A DNA stretch of 64,000 bases from Candidatus Poribacteria bacterium (GCA_028821605.1 JAPPFM010000038.1:12837-76836); one strand, 5' to 3'; positions 30,533 to 40,102 are shown, counted from the first letter of the stretch. Program-made: numbers and translations. Notes: generated from the sequence alone by a model not told the origin.

Positions 30533-30626
30533 TGGCGAAGATTTGTATGAATATACAACCAGACTCGTGTCGTTTATGTTCCAAAAATAAAAAATTACCC
30601 AGACGCAAAAATTTTTGAAAAAAAAT

Positions 30627-30668
30627 TTGACAAAGAGAAATTTGTGTGTTATACTTAACAGTGTTAAG
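30627..30668 (+). promoter_or_regulatory. sigma70-type promoter (TTGACA-N17-TATACT) with overlapping palindromic operator CTTAACAgTGTTAAG upstream of the TetR gene
   Basis: -35 at 30627-30632, -10 at 30650-30655, perfect 7-1-7 palindrome at 30654-30668; classic TetR autoregulation layout. Confidence 0.6.
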
Positions 30669-30699
30669 TTAGATTGCTATGTAAACTAAAGGTGAAACA

Positions 30700-31305
30700 A
30701 TGGGTATTAAAGAACGGAAAGCAAGGGAAAAAGAGCAGTTACGGCAGCAAATTCTTTCTGCAGCGCGGGAGTTGTTCGTCAATGAGGGTTATGAGAACGT
30801 CTCCATGCGAAAGATTGCCAGCAAGATCGAATACTCACCAACAACGATCTACCTTTATTTTACAGACAAGGCAGATCTTTTAGATTCGGTTTGCAAAGAA
30901 ACACTCTTGAACCTGTTGAACACGCTTGAGCAACTAAGAAGAGATAACACCGACCCCGTTGAAACGCTGAGAAAAAGTGGACGAGCCTATATCGAGTTCG
31001 GTCTAAAATACCCGCAAGATTATAAACTGACGTTTGTTATCCGTCCCCAGTTCCAGAAGGGTTTGGGTCTGCAAGAGGGGTCGGTTGGCGAAAAGGTATT
31101 TGATTACTTACGAGCAATGGTCTCTGAATGTATCCAACAGAAGATATTCCGGCAGACAGATGTTGAAACCACCGGTCAAGTACTGTGGTCAGCGGTTCAC
31201 GGTGTCACACTACTCCTAATTGATTTTCCAGATTTCCCTTGGACTGAGAAAGACAAATTGGTTGACACAGTAATTCACACAACAATTGAGGGTTTGAAGG
31301 CATAA
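30700..31305 (+). CDS. TetR/AcrR family transcriptional regulator
   Basis: N-terminal HTH (AARELFVNEGYENVSMRKIASKIEYSPTTIYLYFTDKADLL); ~200 aa. Confidence 0.9.
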   Translation: MGIKERKAREKEQLRQQILSAARELFVNEGYENVSMRKIASKIEYSPTTIYLYFTDKADLLDSVCKETLLNLLNTLEQLRRDNTDPVETLRKSGRAYIEFGLKYPQDYKLTFVIRPQFQKGLGLQEGSVGEKVFDYLRAMVSECIQQKIFRQTDVETTGQVLWSAVHGVTLLLIDFPDFPWTEKDKLVDTVIHTTIEGLKA

Positions 31306-31349
31306 ATCTCAAACTATTTTGCACAGATTGCTTATATTTTCTTTAAAAG

Positions 31350-31378
31350 TTAACACTGTTCATTTATTTATCTATGTT
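31350..31378 (+). promoter_or_regulatory. Promoter (TTAACA-N17-TATGTT) of FG-GAP paralog 1; the -35 lies within the operator-like half-site GTTAACActgTT
   Basis: A 32-bp block (gttaacactgttcatttatttatctatgttaa) is identical upstream of paralog 2 (33148..33180); the half-site matches the palindrome upstream of tetR. Confidence 0.5.
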
Positions 31379-31402
31379 AATAAAAACTCGAAGGAGAAGA
31401 AA

Positions 31403-33118
31403 ATGAAAAAGCAAAACTCATTCCACAAACGCTGGATTTCCGTAAAACCGGGGTCAGTAACTGAACGCACAAGGCATTATCAACAAAGCCTGTTCTCGAT
31501 AGTGGTTTTCGGAATATTTCTATTGAGATGCTCAAGTCTGTTCAGCGAAGAAGTCGCGCAAATGACACCTGTCAAGGAATTCACTTTCGAGCAGTACGAG
31601 GTCGTCCTTGGCTCTGCGAAACGCCAGACCGTTTTGACAGGGTTTCTCTTCGGTGGCAATTTCGCCGAAATTGCTGCGGTGTACACCGATGAAAACAACG
31701 ACAACCGCTTGTGCATCTACGCCTTCAGCGACGGGACCTGGATCCCGAAACTCGACGCAACGTTGCGTCCCGAAGTGCTGTTCCTCGATGTAGCAAATAT
31801 TGACGGACACGACCGCTTAATTACCTACGAGCGGGATCGCTTGAACTGGTTTGACCCTGAGTCGGCAACGGAACACACGTTGGTGGCAGTTACTTCCAAC
31901 TTCAAGCCGCCTCGCAGCGGCGAAATCCCCCACGTAGACATCACTCAGGACGTGAACGATGATGGTCGCGACGACCTTGTAGTACCGGACTTTGATGGCT
32001 TTTGGGTGTTCATCCAGATGAGCGACGGCGCGTTCGCCGAAAAAGTGAAGATCGGTCCACCCACTGAGATGGAAAGGATCCTCGGAGCAGACGGATATCG
32101 ATACGATCCTTGGGCTCAGAGTCGTATCCACGAAGTGGACTACAATCAAGATGAACGCACCGACTTGGTGTTCTGGAGCGAGGATCACTTCAAGGTTCAT
32201 CTCCAAGACGAGCTCGGGCTGTTTGCACCGAATGCCAGGACCTTCACGACCGATGTGGCATTCGACTCGGATCGGTTCTCCTCACTCATCACTGGGGACA
32301 TGGTAGGAAAGATGCTGCACTCGTTAGCAGACCTAAACGGCGACAATATCACGGATCTGGTGGTTTTCAAACTTTCGGACAAGGACATCTCCAGCAAGTA
32401 CTCCAGCTACGAGGTGCATTTCGGCACGCCAACACCCGACGGTGGCACTGTGTTCTCACGGAACGTTGACCTCTCATTCCAGTCAGACGAGAGAATCCAG
32501 ATTGAGATGGACCGACACGACTTTAACAGCGACGGACAGATCGACCTGATGATCACGACCGTTGATACTAAGTTCCTCAAGGGCAGCCTCTGGAAGAGGA
32601 TCAAGGGGTTCATGGGTGATGACATCTGGCTGGATCTGGAGTTCTACCAGATGGAAGAAGGTCGCTATCCCGACATGCCCAATACCACTCGCAGAATCGC
32701 GTTGGACGGAGTGCCCAGTCATCGCGAGCCGGGATGGGTGCCGCTGGACATCGTGCTTCGAGGAGGGACGCACGAGAGACGGAAGACTCAAAAGAACTAC
32801 CCGCGCGCGTTCAACACGACTGTGCGCATTGGGGATGTGACCGGCGACGGCATCTTAGACCTGCTTCTCGGGGATCACCCTCGGATCATGGAAGTCTTTG
32901 TCGGCGTGCCGGGACCTGAAATGTTCGCCCGGCAGCCTCAGGAAGTGGCAGTCGCCATGCCCAACGACGAGGAATACACTTGGTTGGTGGACCTCAACAA
33001 GGACGGAATGCAGGATATTCTTATGCATCATCCATTCACACTACGAGACGCTCATGGGGCACCGATACAACCTCCGGGAACCGAGCCACATCGGGTAACA
33101 ATACTAATCGCCCGATAA
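31403..33118 (+). CDS. FG-GAP/VCBS-repeat beta-propeller lipoprotein (paralog 1)
   Basis: Repeated DxNxDGxxD motifs (DVNDDGRDDLVVPD, DYNQDERTDLVFW, DLNGDNITDLVVF, DFNSDGQIDLM, DVTGDGILDLLLG, DLNKDGMQDILM). Signal peptide; conserved C-terminus EPHRVTILIAR. ATG 31403 with RBS AAGGAGAAG. Confidence 0.65.
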   Translation: MKKQNSFHKRWISVKPGSVTERTRHYQQSLFSIVVFGIFLLRCSSLFSEEVAQMTPVKEFTFEQYEVVLGSAKRQTVLTGFLFGGNFAEIAAVYTDENNDNRLCIYAFSDGTWIPKLDATLRPEVLFLDVANIDGHDRLITYERDRLNWFDPESATEHTLVAVTSNFKPPRSGEIPHVDITQDVNDDGRDDLVVPDFDGFWVFIQMSDGAFAEKVKIGPPTEMERILGADGYRYDPWAQSRIHEVDYNQDERTDLVFWSEDHFKVHLQDELGLFAPNARTFTTDVAFDSDRFSSLITGDMVGKMLHSLADLNGDNITDLVVFKLSDKDISSKYSSYEVHFGTPTPDGGTVFSRNVDLSFQSDERIQIEMDRHDFNSDGQIDLMITTVDTKFLKGSLWKRIKGFMGDDIWLDLEFYQMEEGRYPDMPNTTRRIALDGVPSHREPGWVPLDIVLRGGTHERRKTQKNYPRAFNTTVRIGDVTGDGILDLLLGDHPRIMEVFVGVPGPEMFARQPQEVAVAMPNDEEYTWLVDLNKDGMQDILMHHPFTLRDAHGAPIQPPGTEPHRVTILIAR

Positions 33119-33148
33119 ACCCATCGTGTCTATTTTTTTAATTTCATG

Positions 33149-33177
33149 TTAACACTGTTCATTTATTTATCTATGTT
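33149..33177 (+). promoter_or_regulatory. Promoter (TTAACA-N17-TATGTT) of FG-GAP paralog 2 with overlapping operator-like half-site
   Basis: Identical to 31350..31378. Confidence 0.5.
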
Positions 33178-33206
33178 AACATAAGGGCATCCAAAAGGAG
33201 AATAAA

Positions 33207-34832
33207 ATGAAAAAGCGAAACCGATTGCGCAAACGCGTTCTTTCCGTAGCTAAGTGCATAAGACCTTATCGACGAAACCTATTTTTAATATTGGTTCTCA
33301 GCGTATGCCTGTCCAGCTGTGCCGGTCTGTCCAAGGAAGCAGTCAACCCGATGATGTCTACTCCTGCGGAATTAACTTTTAAGCAGTACGAGATCGTCAC
33401 CGATATTGCGAAACACCAAACCGTTTTGACAGGATTCATGCTCGGTGGCGATCTCGCTGAACTTGCCATCGTGAATATTGACAAAAATAATGACCGACAT
33501 TTGCGCATCTACGCGTTCAGCAACAACACTTGGGCACCAAAAATCGACATAACACTACGTCCTGAAGTATTGTTCGTCGATGTGATAAACATCGGTGGCG
33601 TTGACCGATTGATTATGTACGAACACGGTCGCTTGAACTGGCTTGATCCCGAATCAACAATAGAACACTCGCTGGTGACGGTGCCTTCCATGATTGTGCC
33701 TCCCGACGGCAATATCCCCCATGTAGACATCACCCGCGACGTGAATGGCGATGCCCGCGATGATCTGGTAATGCCGGATTCCGATGGCTTTTGGGTGTTC
33801 ATTCAGACAACAGATGGTGTGTTCGCCGATCCAATGAAACTTGGTCCCTTCACTAAGAAGGATAGAATCTACGAAGTCGATGGATACCAACACACGCCGT
33901 GGAATCAGAGTCGCATCCACGAAATGGACTACAACCGAGACGGCCGCAACGACTTGGTGTTTTGGAATGTAGACCACTTCAAAGTTCATAGCCAAGACGA
34001 ACATGGACTATTTGCCTCGGTAGCCACAACTTTCACTACCGGTATCGTATTCGATTCCGACGATCTTGCCTCGCTTGCCGCACCTTATGGTGTCCGTCGT
34101 CGGCGCAGAGATCACCAACCGACCGGAGCTCTAACAGGGAGAGTGCTACACTCGCTAACTGATATGAATGGCGATGGCATCACCGATCTCGGAGTTTTCT
34201 CTCTGGAGGGTGGAAGCCTATGGGGTATGCACTCCACCTACGAGGTACACTTCGGCACGCCAACACCTGATGGCGGCACGATGTTCGCTCCCGATACAGA
34301 CATTGAGATCCAATCGGATGGTATCCCGTTCGGAATGTGGCAGCACGACTTCAACCATGACGGTCAGGTTGACATGATGTTCACAACCCTCAAGCTCCGC
34401 ATCTTCAAGCTTATTGGCATGCTCGCCCACTCGGCTCTGACTGGTTCCGATTTGAGAGATCTCCAGTTCTATACCATGGAAGGCGGCATCTACCCCGACA
34501 CACCCAACGCCACCCGTAAAATCAAAACGCATACGCGCAGCAAGTCAGGGGAAAGATCCGTGACCTACCCGCCAGTCCTGATCGGAGATGTGAACGGTGA
34601 CAGACACTCGGACCTGCTGACAGGATGGGGTCGGAAAGAACTGCGCGTTTTTCTCGGCGCGCCGGGGCTGGACCTATTTGCCCGAAAGCCTCAAAAGGTA
34701 GCGGTCACCATACCTAACAATGAGGAGCACACTTGGTTGGTGGATCTTAACAAAGACAACAAGCAGGACCTCCTCATGTATCATCCGTCCACCACGGATC
34801 CGCATCGGGTGACACTGCTGATCGCCCGATAA
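33207..34832 (+). CDS. FG-GAP/VCBS-repeat beta-propeller lipoprotein (paralog 2)
   Basis: Lipobox LSSC; same repeat motifs; C-terminus DPHRVTLLIAR. Confidence 0.65.
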   Translation: MKKRNRLRKRVLSVAKCIRPYRRNLFLILVLSVCLSSCAGLSKEAVNPMMSTPAELTFKQYEIVTDIAKHQTVLTGFMLGGDLAELAIVNIDKNNDRHLRIYAFSNNTWAPKIDITLRPEVLFVDVINIGGVDRLIMYEHGRLNWLDPESTIEHSLVTVPSMIVPPDGNIPHVDITRDVNGDARDDLVMPDSDGFWVFIQTTDGVFADPMKLGPFTKKDRIYEVDGYQHTPWNQSRIHEMDYNRDGRNDLVFWNVDHFKVHSQDEHGLFASVATTFTTGIVFDSDDLASLAAPYGVRRRRRDHQPTGALTGRVLHSLTDMNGDGITDLGVFSLEGGSLWGMHSTYEVHFGTPTPDGGTMFAPDTDIEIQSDGIPFGMWQHDFNHDGQVDMMFTTLKLRIFKLIGMLAHSALTGSDLRDLQFYTMEGGIYPDTPNATRKIKTHTRSKSGERSVTYPPVLIGDVNGDRHSDLLTGWGRKELRVFLGAPGLDLFARKPQKVAVTIPNNEEHTWLVDLNKDNKQDLLMYHPSTTDPHRVTLLIAR

Positions 34833-34843
34833 ATAAAGTAGTA

Positions 34844-34860
34844 GGCACACGCCGTGTGCC
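34844..34860 (+). terminator. Short GC hairpin (ggcacac-gcc-gtgtgcc) between paralogs 2 and 3; possible attenuator or processing site
   Basis: 7-bp stem, 3-nt loop, no U-tract; followed by gtaacactga, which resembles the operator half-site. Confidence 0.3.
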
Positions 34861-34887
34861 GTAACACTGACGAAAAAGGAGACTAAA

Positions 34888-36558
34888 ATGAAAAAGCGAA
34901 ATCCATCTCCTAAACGTTTTTTTTCCGCAGTTGAGTGTACAAGATACTATCCATGCAGCCTGTTCTGTATACTGGTTTTTGGTGTGTTCCTATCGAGCTG
35001 TTCAGGTCGATCTAACGAAGAGGTTGTTCCGACAATGATATCTGCTCCCAAGGAACTCACTTTTGAACAGCACAAAGTCGAAACCGGCACTGCGAAACAC
35101 CAGACTGTTTTGACAGGATTTATTCTCGGTAATGACTTCGCCGAAATTGCTGTGGTGAACGTTGGCGAAAACGACGATCGGCACTTGCGCATCCACACGT
35201 TCAACGACGGCACTTGGGTGTTGGGGCTTGACGCAAAGCTGCGTCCTGAAGTGCTGTTCGTAGACCTTGCTAACATTGGTGGGCGCGATCGGTTGATTAC
35301 TTATGAGCACGGTCGCCTGAATTGGTTCGATCCCGACTCGGCGGTTGAACGGACACTGGTCGAAGTTACGACAAACTATAACACGACGGGTGAAGGTGGA
35401 ATCCCCCACATCGATATCACTCGAGATATAAACCGCGACAGCCTCGACGATTTGATAGTGCCGGACATTGACGGTTTCTGGATAGCCACGCAATCGCGCG
35501 ACGGTTCATTCACCGACCCGATAAAACTTGGACCGCCCGATCCGTTCCTCAATGAAATTGCCATGGACGATACGCGCAGCTACCGCGAGGTAGGGATAAC
35601 ACCCTTAACTATTCACTGGTATCTGAGTCGCTTTCACCAGATGGACTACGACCAAGATGGACGCAGCGATCTCGTGTTCTGGAACACGGATCATTTTGAC
35701 GTTTATCGCCAAGATGCTCGTGGGATGTTTTCCACGGTAGCAGAGACCTTCACTGTTGGCATTCCATTCGACACTGACGGTGCCTACTCGATCGCCTTTG
35801 GATTCAGCGGCGAGAATATGTTTTCGCTCATCTTTGGCTTTAGGGAGAACACAAAGCGGAAAGTGCTGCATACATTTCAAGATATGAACAGCGATAACAT
35901 TGCCGACATGGTAATCCATTCGTTAGAGGGACGGAGTCTTGGGAAACAACGCAGCCTATACGAAGTGCATTTCGGCACACCAACACCTAACGGGATCGGG
36001 TTCGCACGGGATGTCGGTATGACAATCCGACCGCGAGGGACCGCTGGAGGTTTGCAGCCCTGGGGCTATTCGTCACAGTGGTTCCAAGATCTCGATGGAG
36101 ATGGTAAGGCAGACATTCTGTTCAAAGATGTCCAGACTGGACTTATTGGGATGAGCCGCGCAATGCTCGGCAAGTCGATTGCCATAGATCTCGAGTTCTA
36201 TCGTATGGGAGATGGTACTTATCCCGATAAACCGACTACCAGACGTAAAATCAGACCGAACTTAGATATCTTTGAGAAAGATAGGGTCTTCTTCCCAGTG
36301 GTCCTGCTTGGTGATGTGAACGGGGACGGACGCTCAGACCTGCTGGTCGGAAAGCACTGGGAAGAGCTGCACGTCTTTCCTGGCATACCGGGACCGAAAC
36401 TGCTCGCGCGGACACCTCAAAAGGTGGCAGTGGCTATGCCTAACGACGAGCGAAACGCTCGACTGGTGGACCTTAACAAAGATAACAAGCAAGATCTCCT
36501 CATACATTATCCATCCACTACCGAACCACATCGGGTGACACTATTGATCACCCAATAA
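34888..36558 (+). CDS. FG-GAP/VCBS-repeat beta-propeller lipoprotein (paralog 3)
   Basis: Lipobox LSSC; same motifs; C-terminus EPHRVTLLITQ. Confidence 0.65.
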   Translation: MKKRNPSPKRFFSAVECTRYYPCSLFCILVFGVFLSSCSGRSNEEVVPTMISAPKELTFEQHKVETGTAKHQTVLTGFILGNDFAEIAVVNVGENDDRHLRIHTFNDGTWVLGLDAKLRPEVLFVDLANIGGRDRLITYEHGRLNWFDPDSAVERTLVEVTTNYNTTGEGGIPHIDITRDINRDSLDDLIVPDIDGFWIATQSRDGSFTDPIKLGPPDPFLNEIAMDDTRSYREVGITPLTIHWYLSRFHQMDYDQDGRSDLVFWNTDHFDVYRQDARGMFSTVAETFTVGIPFDTDGAYSIAFGFSGENMFSLIFGFRENTKRKVLHTFQDMNSDNIADMVIHSLEGRSLGKQRSLYEVHFGTPTPNGIGFARDVGMTIRPRGTAGGLQPWGYSSQWFQDLDGDGKADILFKDVQTGLIGMSRAMLGKSIAIDLEFYRMGDGTYPDKPTTRRKIRPNLDIFEKDRVFFPVVLLGDVNGDGRSDLLVGKHWEELHVFPGIPGPKLLARTPQKVAVAMPNDERNARLVDLNKDNKQDLLIHYPSTTEPHRVTLLITQ

Positions 36559-36576
36559 ACAAAAAGGAGAAAAACA

Positions 36577-37107
36577 ATGACACGCACAATGTTTTGTCTG
36601 ATCTGTATTTTTGTAGGGATAACCTCCAGTTTCTCAGTTCAGGCACAAGAATCGAATCTCACCACAGATTTTGGTATTGGAAAAAATTTTGGTATCGGAC
36701 TTCAAGGTGCGACACCTGAATTTGGTGGTGTCAGTTTTCGCTATACTGGACTGGCACCCGTATATCTTCAAACCGTCGGACGTTTTATTCTCAGTGATCA
36801 GAATAGCGACCACATGTTAGGGGCTGGTGTTTCGTATGCTATATTTGAACACCGAAGCAGGTGGCATCTATCCCGACTCTATTTTACCTTAGAAGGTGCT
36901 TGGCAATACAAAAAGGAACGGGATCTCCTTACCACGAGATTAGGGGCTGGACTCGCTTTTGGCGGTGAGCTTGTATTTTCACTTGGCGGAATTCCACTCG
37001 GTTTGAACGTGGAAGTCGGTCAAGGCTTTGGTAGGGAAGAAACCGACTCCGAATCTGAGGGACTTGCTGGTGTTTACATAGGAATGGGCATACACGCCTA
37101 TTTCTAA
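36577..37107 (+). CDS. Small outer-membrane beta-barrel protein (OmpW/OmpA-TM-like 8-strand barrel candidate)
   Basis: Signal peptide ending in AQE; alternating Gly/aromatic amphipathic strands; C-terminal …HAYF. Starts 19 nt after paralog 3. Confidence 0.5.
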   Translation: MTRTMFCLICIFVGITSSFSVQAQESNLTTDFGIGKNFGIGLQGATPEFGGVSFRYTGLAPVYLQTVGRFILSDQNSDHMLGAGVSYAIFEHRSRWHLSRLYFTLEGAWQYKKERDLLTTRLGAGLAFGGELVFSLGGIPLGLNVEVGQGFGREETDSESEGLAGVYIGMGIHAYF

Positions 37108-37257
37108 CGTAAACTTGATATGAGGACTTGCAAGATGAAAGGCTGGAAGATTGGAAGGTGGGAAGTCCTTTTCCATCCTCCAATCTTCCAACCGCCAGTC
37201 AAACGTTCCACGCTTTGCCTTCCTTTCTTTTCCACGTGATCATCAGTAGTCTACTGT

Positions 37258-38163
37258 TCAACCTAACCGATGCGCTTGCCGTGCCGAGACCTGTGCCTTC
37301 CACTCTTGCCACGTTGGTTTATCGTCTTCAGTGAGTACGACAAGTGGCACTCTACCACCTGCCAATGCTTTGTTTTTCACAAATTCGGCGGCTTCACGCT
37401 GCTCGGCAGTCAAATCAGCGCGGTCGGGTGTTGGGAAATAGCGGAAGTCGATACTCCAACGGGATTTCCGTGTCGTGTTCACCTTGCTGGTATGGACGCA
37501 GAGATTCGACATGAACAACGCACCACCCGGTTTAAGCGAAATAGGCGTGGGGGTACCGCGCGTCTCAACATCTTCCTCCATCCGGACGTTTGAGTCCGCA
37601 CCGCGCGCGCCGTCCAATAAACCCCAGCGGTGACTGCCCGGAATAACCCAGCAACATCCATTTTCGACTGTCGCTTCAACCAGCGGCACCCACACCGTAA
37701 CCATGTGGAGACCGCCTGTATGTTTCTCCTTCTTACCAATCGTTGATTGGTCGAGATATTGGCTGTCTTGATGCCACGGGAACGAGGTAATCACGCTTCT
37801 GGGGAGTTTCGTCCGTAGCGCAGGCGTACCGATATTCGAGACTTCAGGACCCAAGAGCAGGCGGAGCACATTGAGAACACCGGGAAGGTTGTAGAGATCA
37901 TAAAACTCACGTCCGAACATACCAAAAGCCCAGTTGCGAGGTAGTATGTCTAATTCTTCACAGATCGCGGCATACCGCCGCTCAAAGGACTCGTTTTCAT
38001 AACGCGACGACAACTTACCTTCCGTATACAATTCATCGCTATAGGCATCAACCTTTGTCTTGATAAAGTCGCGGATCGGATCTAAATCTCGATTGTCGAT
38101 AATATCTCTGAGCACCACATAACCATCACGTTCATAAGCGGTCTTGATTTCTTGGTCAGTCAT
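37258..38163 (-). CDS. Phytanoyl-CoA dioxygenase (PhyH) family Fe(II)/2-oxoglutarate oxygenase
   Basis: WHQDSQY (HxD) motif; start at ATG 38163 with RBS GGAAGGAG. Confidence 0.65.
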   Translation of the reverse strand: MTDQEIKTAYERDGYVVLRDIIDNRDLDPIRDFIKTKVDAYSDELYTEGKLSSRYENESFERRYAAICEELDILPRNWAFGMFGREFYDLYNLPGVLNVLRLLLGPEVSNIGTPALRTKLPRSVITSFPWHQDSQYLDQSTIGKKEKHTGGLHMVTVWVPLVEATVENGCCWVIPGSHRWGLLDGARGADSNVRMEEDVETRGTPTPISLKPGGALFMSNLCVHTSKVNTTRKSRWSIDFRYFPTPDRADLTAEQREAAEFVKNKALAGGRVPLVVLTEDDKPTWQEWKAQVSARQAHRLG

Positions 38164-38281
38164 CAGCCAAACTCCTTCCATCGCTATTGTAGAATCTCAA
38201 AGGATATGTTATCATGAATGCGCAGCGGACGCAATACCAATTGATTTTTTCAACCGATTTTATACACGAAGGGGAGCAGAC

Positions 38282-39415
38282 ATGAAAATTACCGATGTGA
38301 AAGCGATGACGCTAAAGGGATACAAACAGTGGAACTACGTCCAGATTGAAACCGATACCGGATTGACAGGGATAGGTGAGGCACACCCTGGAGCGGGAAT
38401 CGCTGAAATTATCCTGCAATTCAAGCGGATACTCATTGACGCAGATCCAAGAAATATAGAACCGCTCTATAACCGCATGATTGGGGCAGCGAGTAATCGA
38501 TATGCGATGGGTTTATCGGCTATCGGTGGAATAGAAACCGCACTGTGGGATCTGCTCGGAAAAAGCCTCGGCGTGCCAGTCTATCAGTTGTTAGGTGGGA
38601 AATATCGCGACCGCATTCGACTCTATGCCGATGTAGGACACGGAAAAGGGAATACTCCAGAGGGCTGGGCACAGCGAGCCAGAGAGGGGGTCGCAGACGG
38701 CTACCAAGCGATTAAGTTTGACATTGATAACTCCGCAAATGAACTCAAGCAGGATGCAGTCAATCGGGAACTCAGTACGGCAGAGTTGCAGAAAATGACA
38801 GCGTTGGTCGCTGCTGCACGAGAGGCTGCTGGCGATGAAATTGACATCAGTATCGACTGCCATAGCCTGTTCAGCATCCACTCGGCGATGAAGCTTGCGG
38901 AACTTTTAGAGCCGTTCGATTTAATGTTCTTGGAAGACCCTGTCCCGAACGATAATGTCGAAGCGATAGCGAAGGTTAGCACTGCGACTTCTATCCCGAT
39001 CTGTACCGGTGAATTCCTATTTCGTAGAGATGGTTTCAGAGAACTTATCCAGACGCAAGCCTGTGATATGCTCCATGTCGATGTCTCTGGAACAGGCGGG
39101 ATACTTGAGGCAAAGAAGATTGCGGATCTTGCAGACCTATATTATATGCCGTTTGCCGCACACAACATCACATCACCAATCGGGATGGCAGCAACAGCAC
39201 ACGTCTGCGCCGCTGTGCGGAATTTCATTGTCATGGAACTCCCATATCACGCCGATCAGGTCGAGTGGCGGTGGGACCTCGCTATCTCCGATGAACCCCT
39301 CCTTCAAGATAACATATTTGTGGTGCCGGAGCAGCCCGGATTGGGTGTCGAAATTAATGCAGAAGTCGCGCACGCACATCTAATGCCCGGATCTGACCAC
39401 TTTGGTACATCTTAA
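38282..39415 (+). CDS. Enolase-superfamily dehydratase (mandelate racemase / galactonate dehydratase-like)
   Basis: N-terminal capping-domain signature MKITDVKAMTL…IETDTGLTGIGEA; metal-ligand acid residues in DID…/LEDP… blocks; RBS GAAGGGGAG. Confidence 0.8.
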   Translation: MKITDVKAMTLKGYKQWNYVQIETDTGLTGIGEAHPGAGIAEIILQFKRILIDADPRNIEPLYNRMIGAASNRYAMGLSAIGGIETALWDLLGKSLGVPVYQLLGGKYRDRIRLYADVGHGKGNTPEGWAQRAREGVADGYQAIKFDIDNSANELKQDAVNRELSTAELQKMTALVAAAREAAGDEIDISIDCHSLFSIHSAMKLAELLEPFDLMFLEDPVPNDNVEAIAKVSTATSIPICTGEFLFRRDGFRELIQTQACDMLHVDVSGTGGILEAKKIADLADLYYMPFAAHNITSPIGMAATAHVCAAVRNFIVMELPYHADQVEWRWDLAISDEPLLQDNIFVVPEQPGLGVEINAEVAHAHLMPGSDHFGTS

Positions 39416-39439
39416 ACTGCCCGCGATTTATAGCGGAAT

Positions 39440-39830
39440 AATACCATATCTAATTGAATAACTTTCATATCTACACGCATCGTAGAAGTTAACTTATGGT
39501 ATATCTACAATTCACAGATTCGGATTATGGGCATCTCAAAGTTGCTAATGCCTTCGACTTCTATCACCTTAAAAGACGCGATGACGTGTCGAATTCACCA
39601 CAGATTCACCACAGAAATTTGACCGATTTAACCGCCCATGAAATTTTCAAAATCGCTTCTCAGCTCTTTGGTAGCTTAGGTTCTCGGTCAATTTTGAGAG
39701 ATCTGAAAATTCTGTGATTTTCTGTGGTAGTTGATTTTTGTTGTTTTTCACCACTTAGTTCATAAAGCGGATCAGACGTTTTTGGTGTTGTGTAAGAAAC
39801 GTCCTAAATCTTCCTTATCAGGCGTTGGCA
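39440..39830. repeat. ~380-bp structured interspersed repeat, copy B
   Basis: See 188..560. Confidence 0.7.
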
Positions 39831-39874
39831 ATTTCTGATTAAAAATTCAGATTTTTTTTCAATTATGACAACTA

Positions 39875-39903
39875 TGCAACATATCGACTGTAAAATTGCG
39901 TCA
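39875..39903 (+). promoter_or_regulatory. Candidate ECF-type promoter (TGCAAC-N17-GCGTCA) upstream of the ECF-WD40 gene
   Basis: Same motif and spacing as upstream of the other two ECF genes. Confidence 0.4.
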
Positions 39904-40102
39904 CTACTAATTGTAAGCCTAAATTGGTTGACTTACGCAAACAGGCGATAAAAGGTTTTCGGATTACAAACAGCTAGACCTTAGCAGGACGTGTATTTTC
40001 AAAAGTAGGACTACTTATGCGAATCGCTATGGGGAATCTCGGTTCGTAGTCGCGCAATGTATTGCGCGTTGCGTCCGCCCTATTAGTTATGGGAGGCTCC
40101 TG

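Noticed and set aside
34833-34887. Independent promoter for FG-GAP paralog 3
   Set aside because: The 55-bp gap holds only a hairpin and a degenerate operator half-site, with no -35/-10 pair, so paralog 3 is more likely read through from paralog 2.
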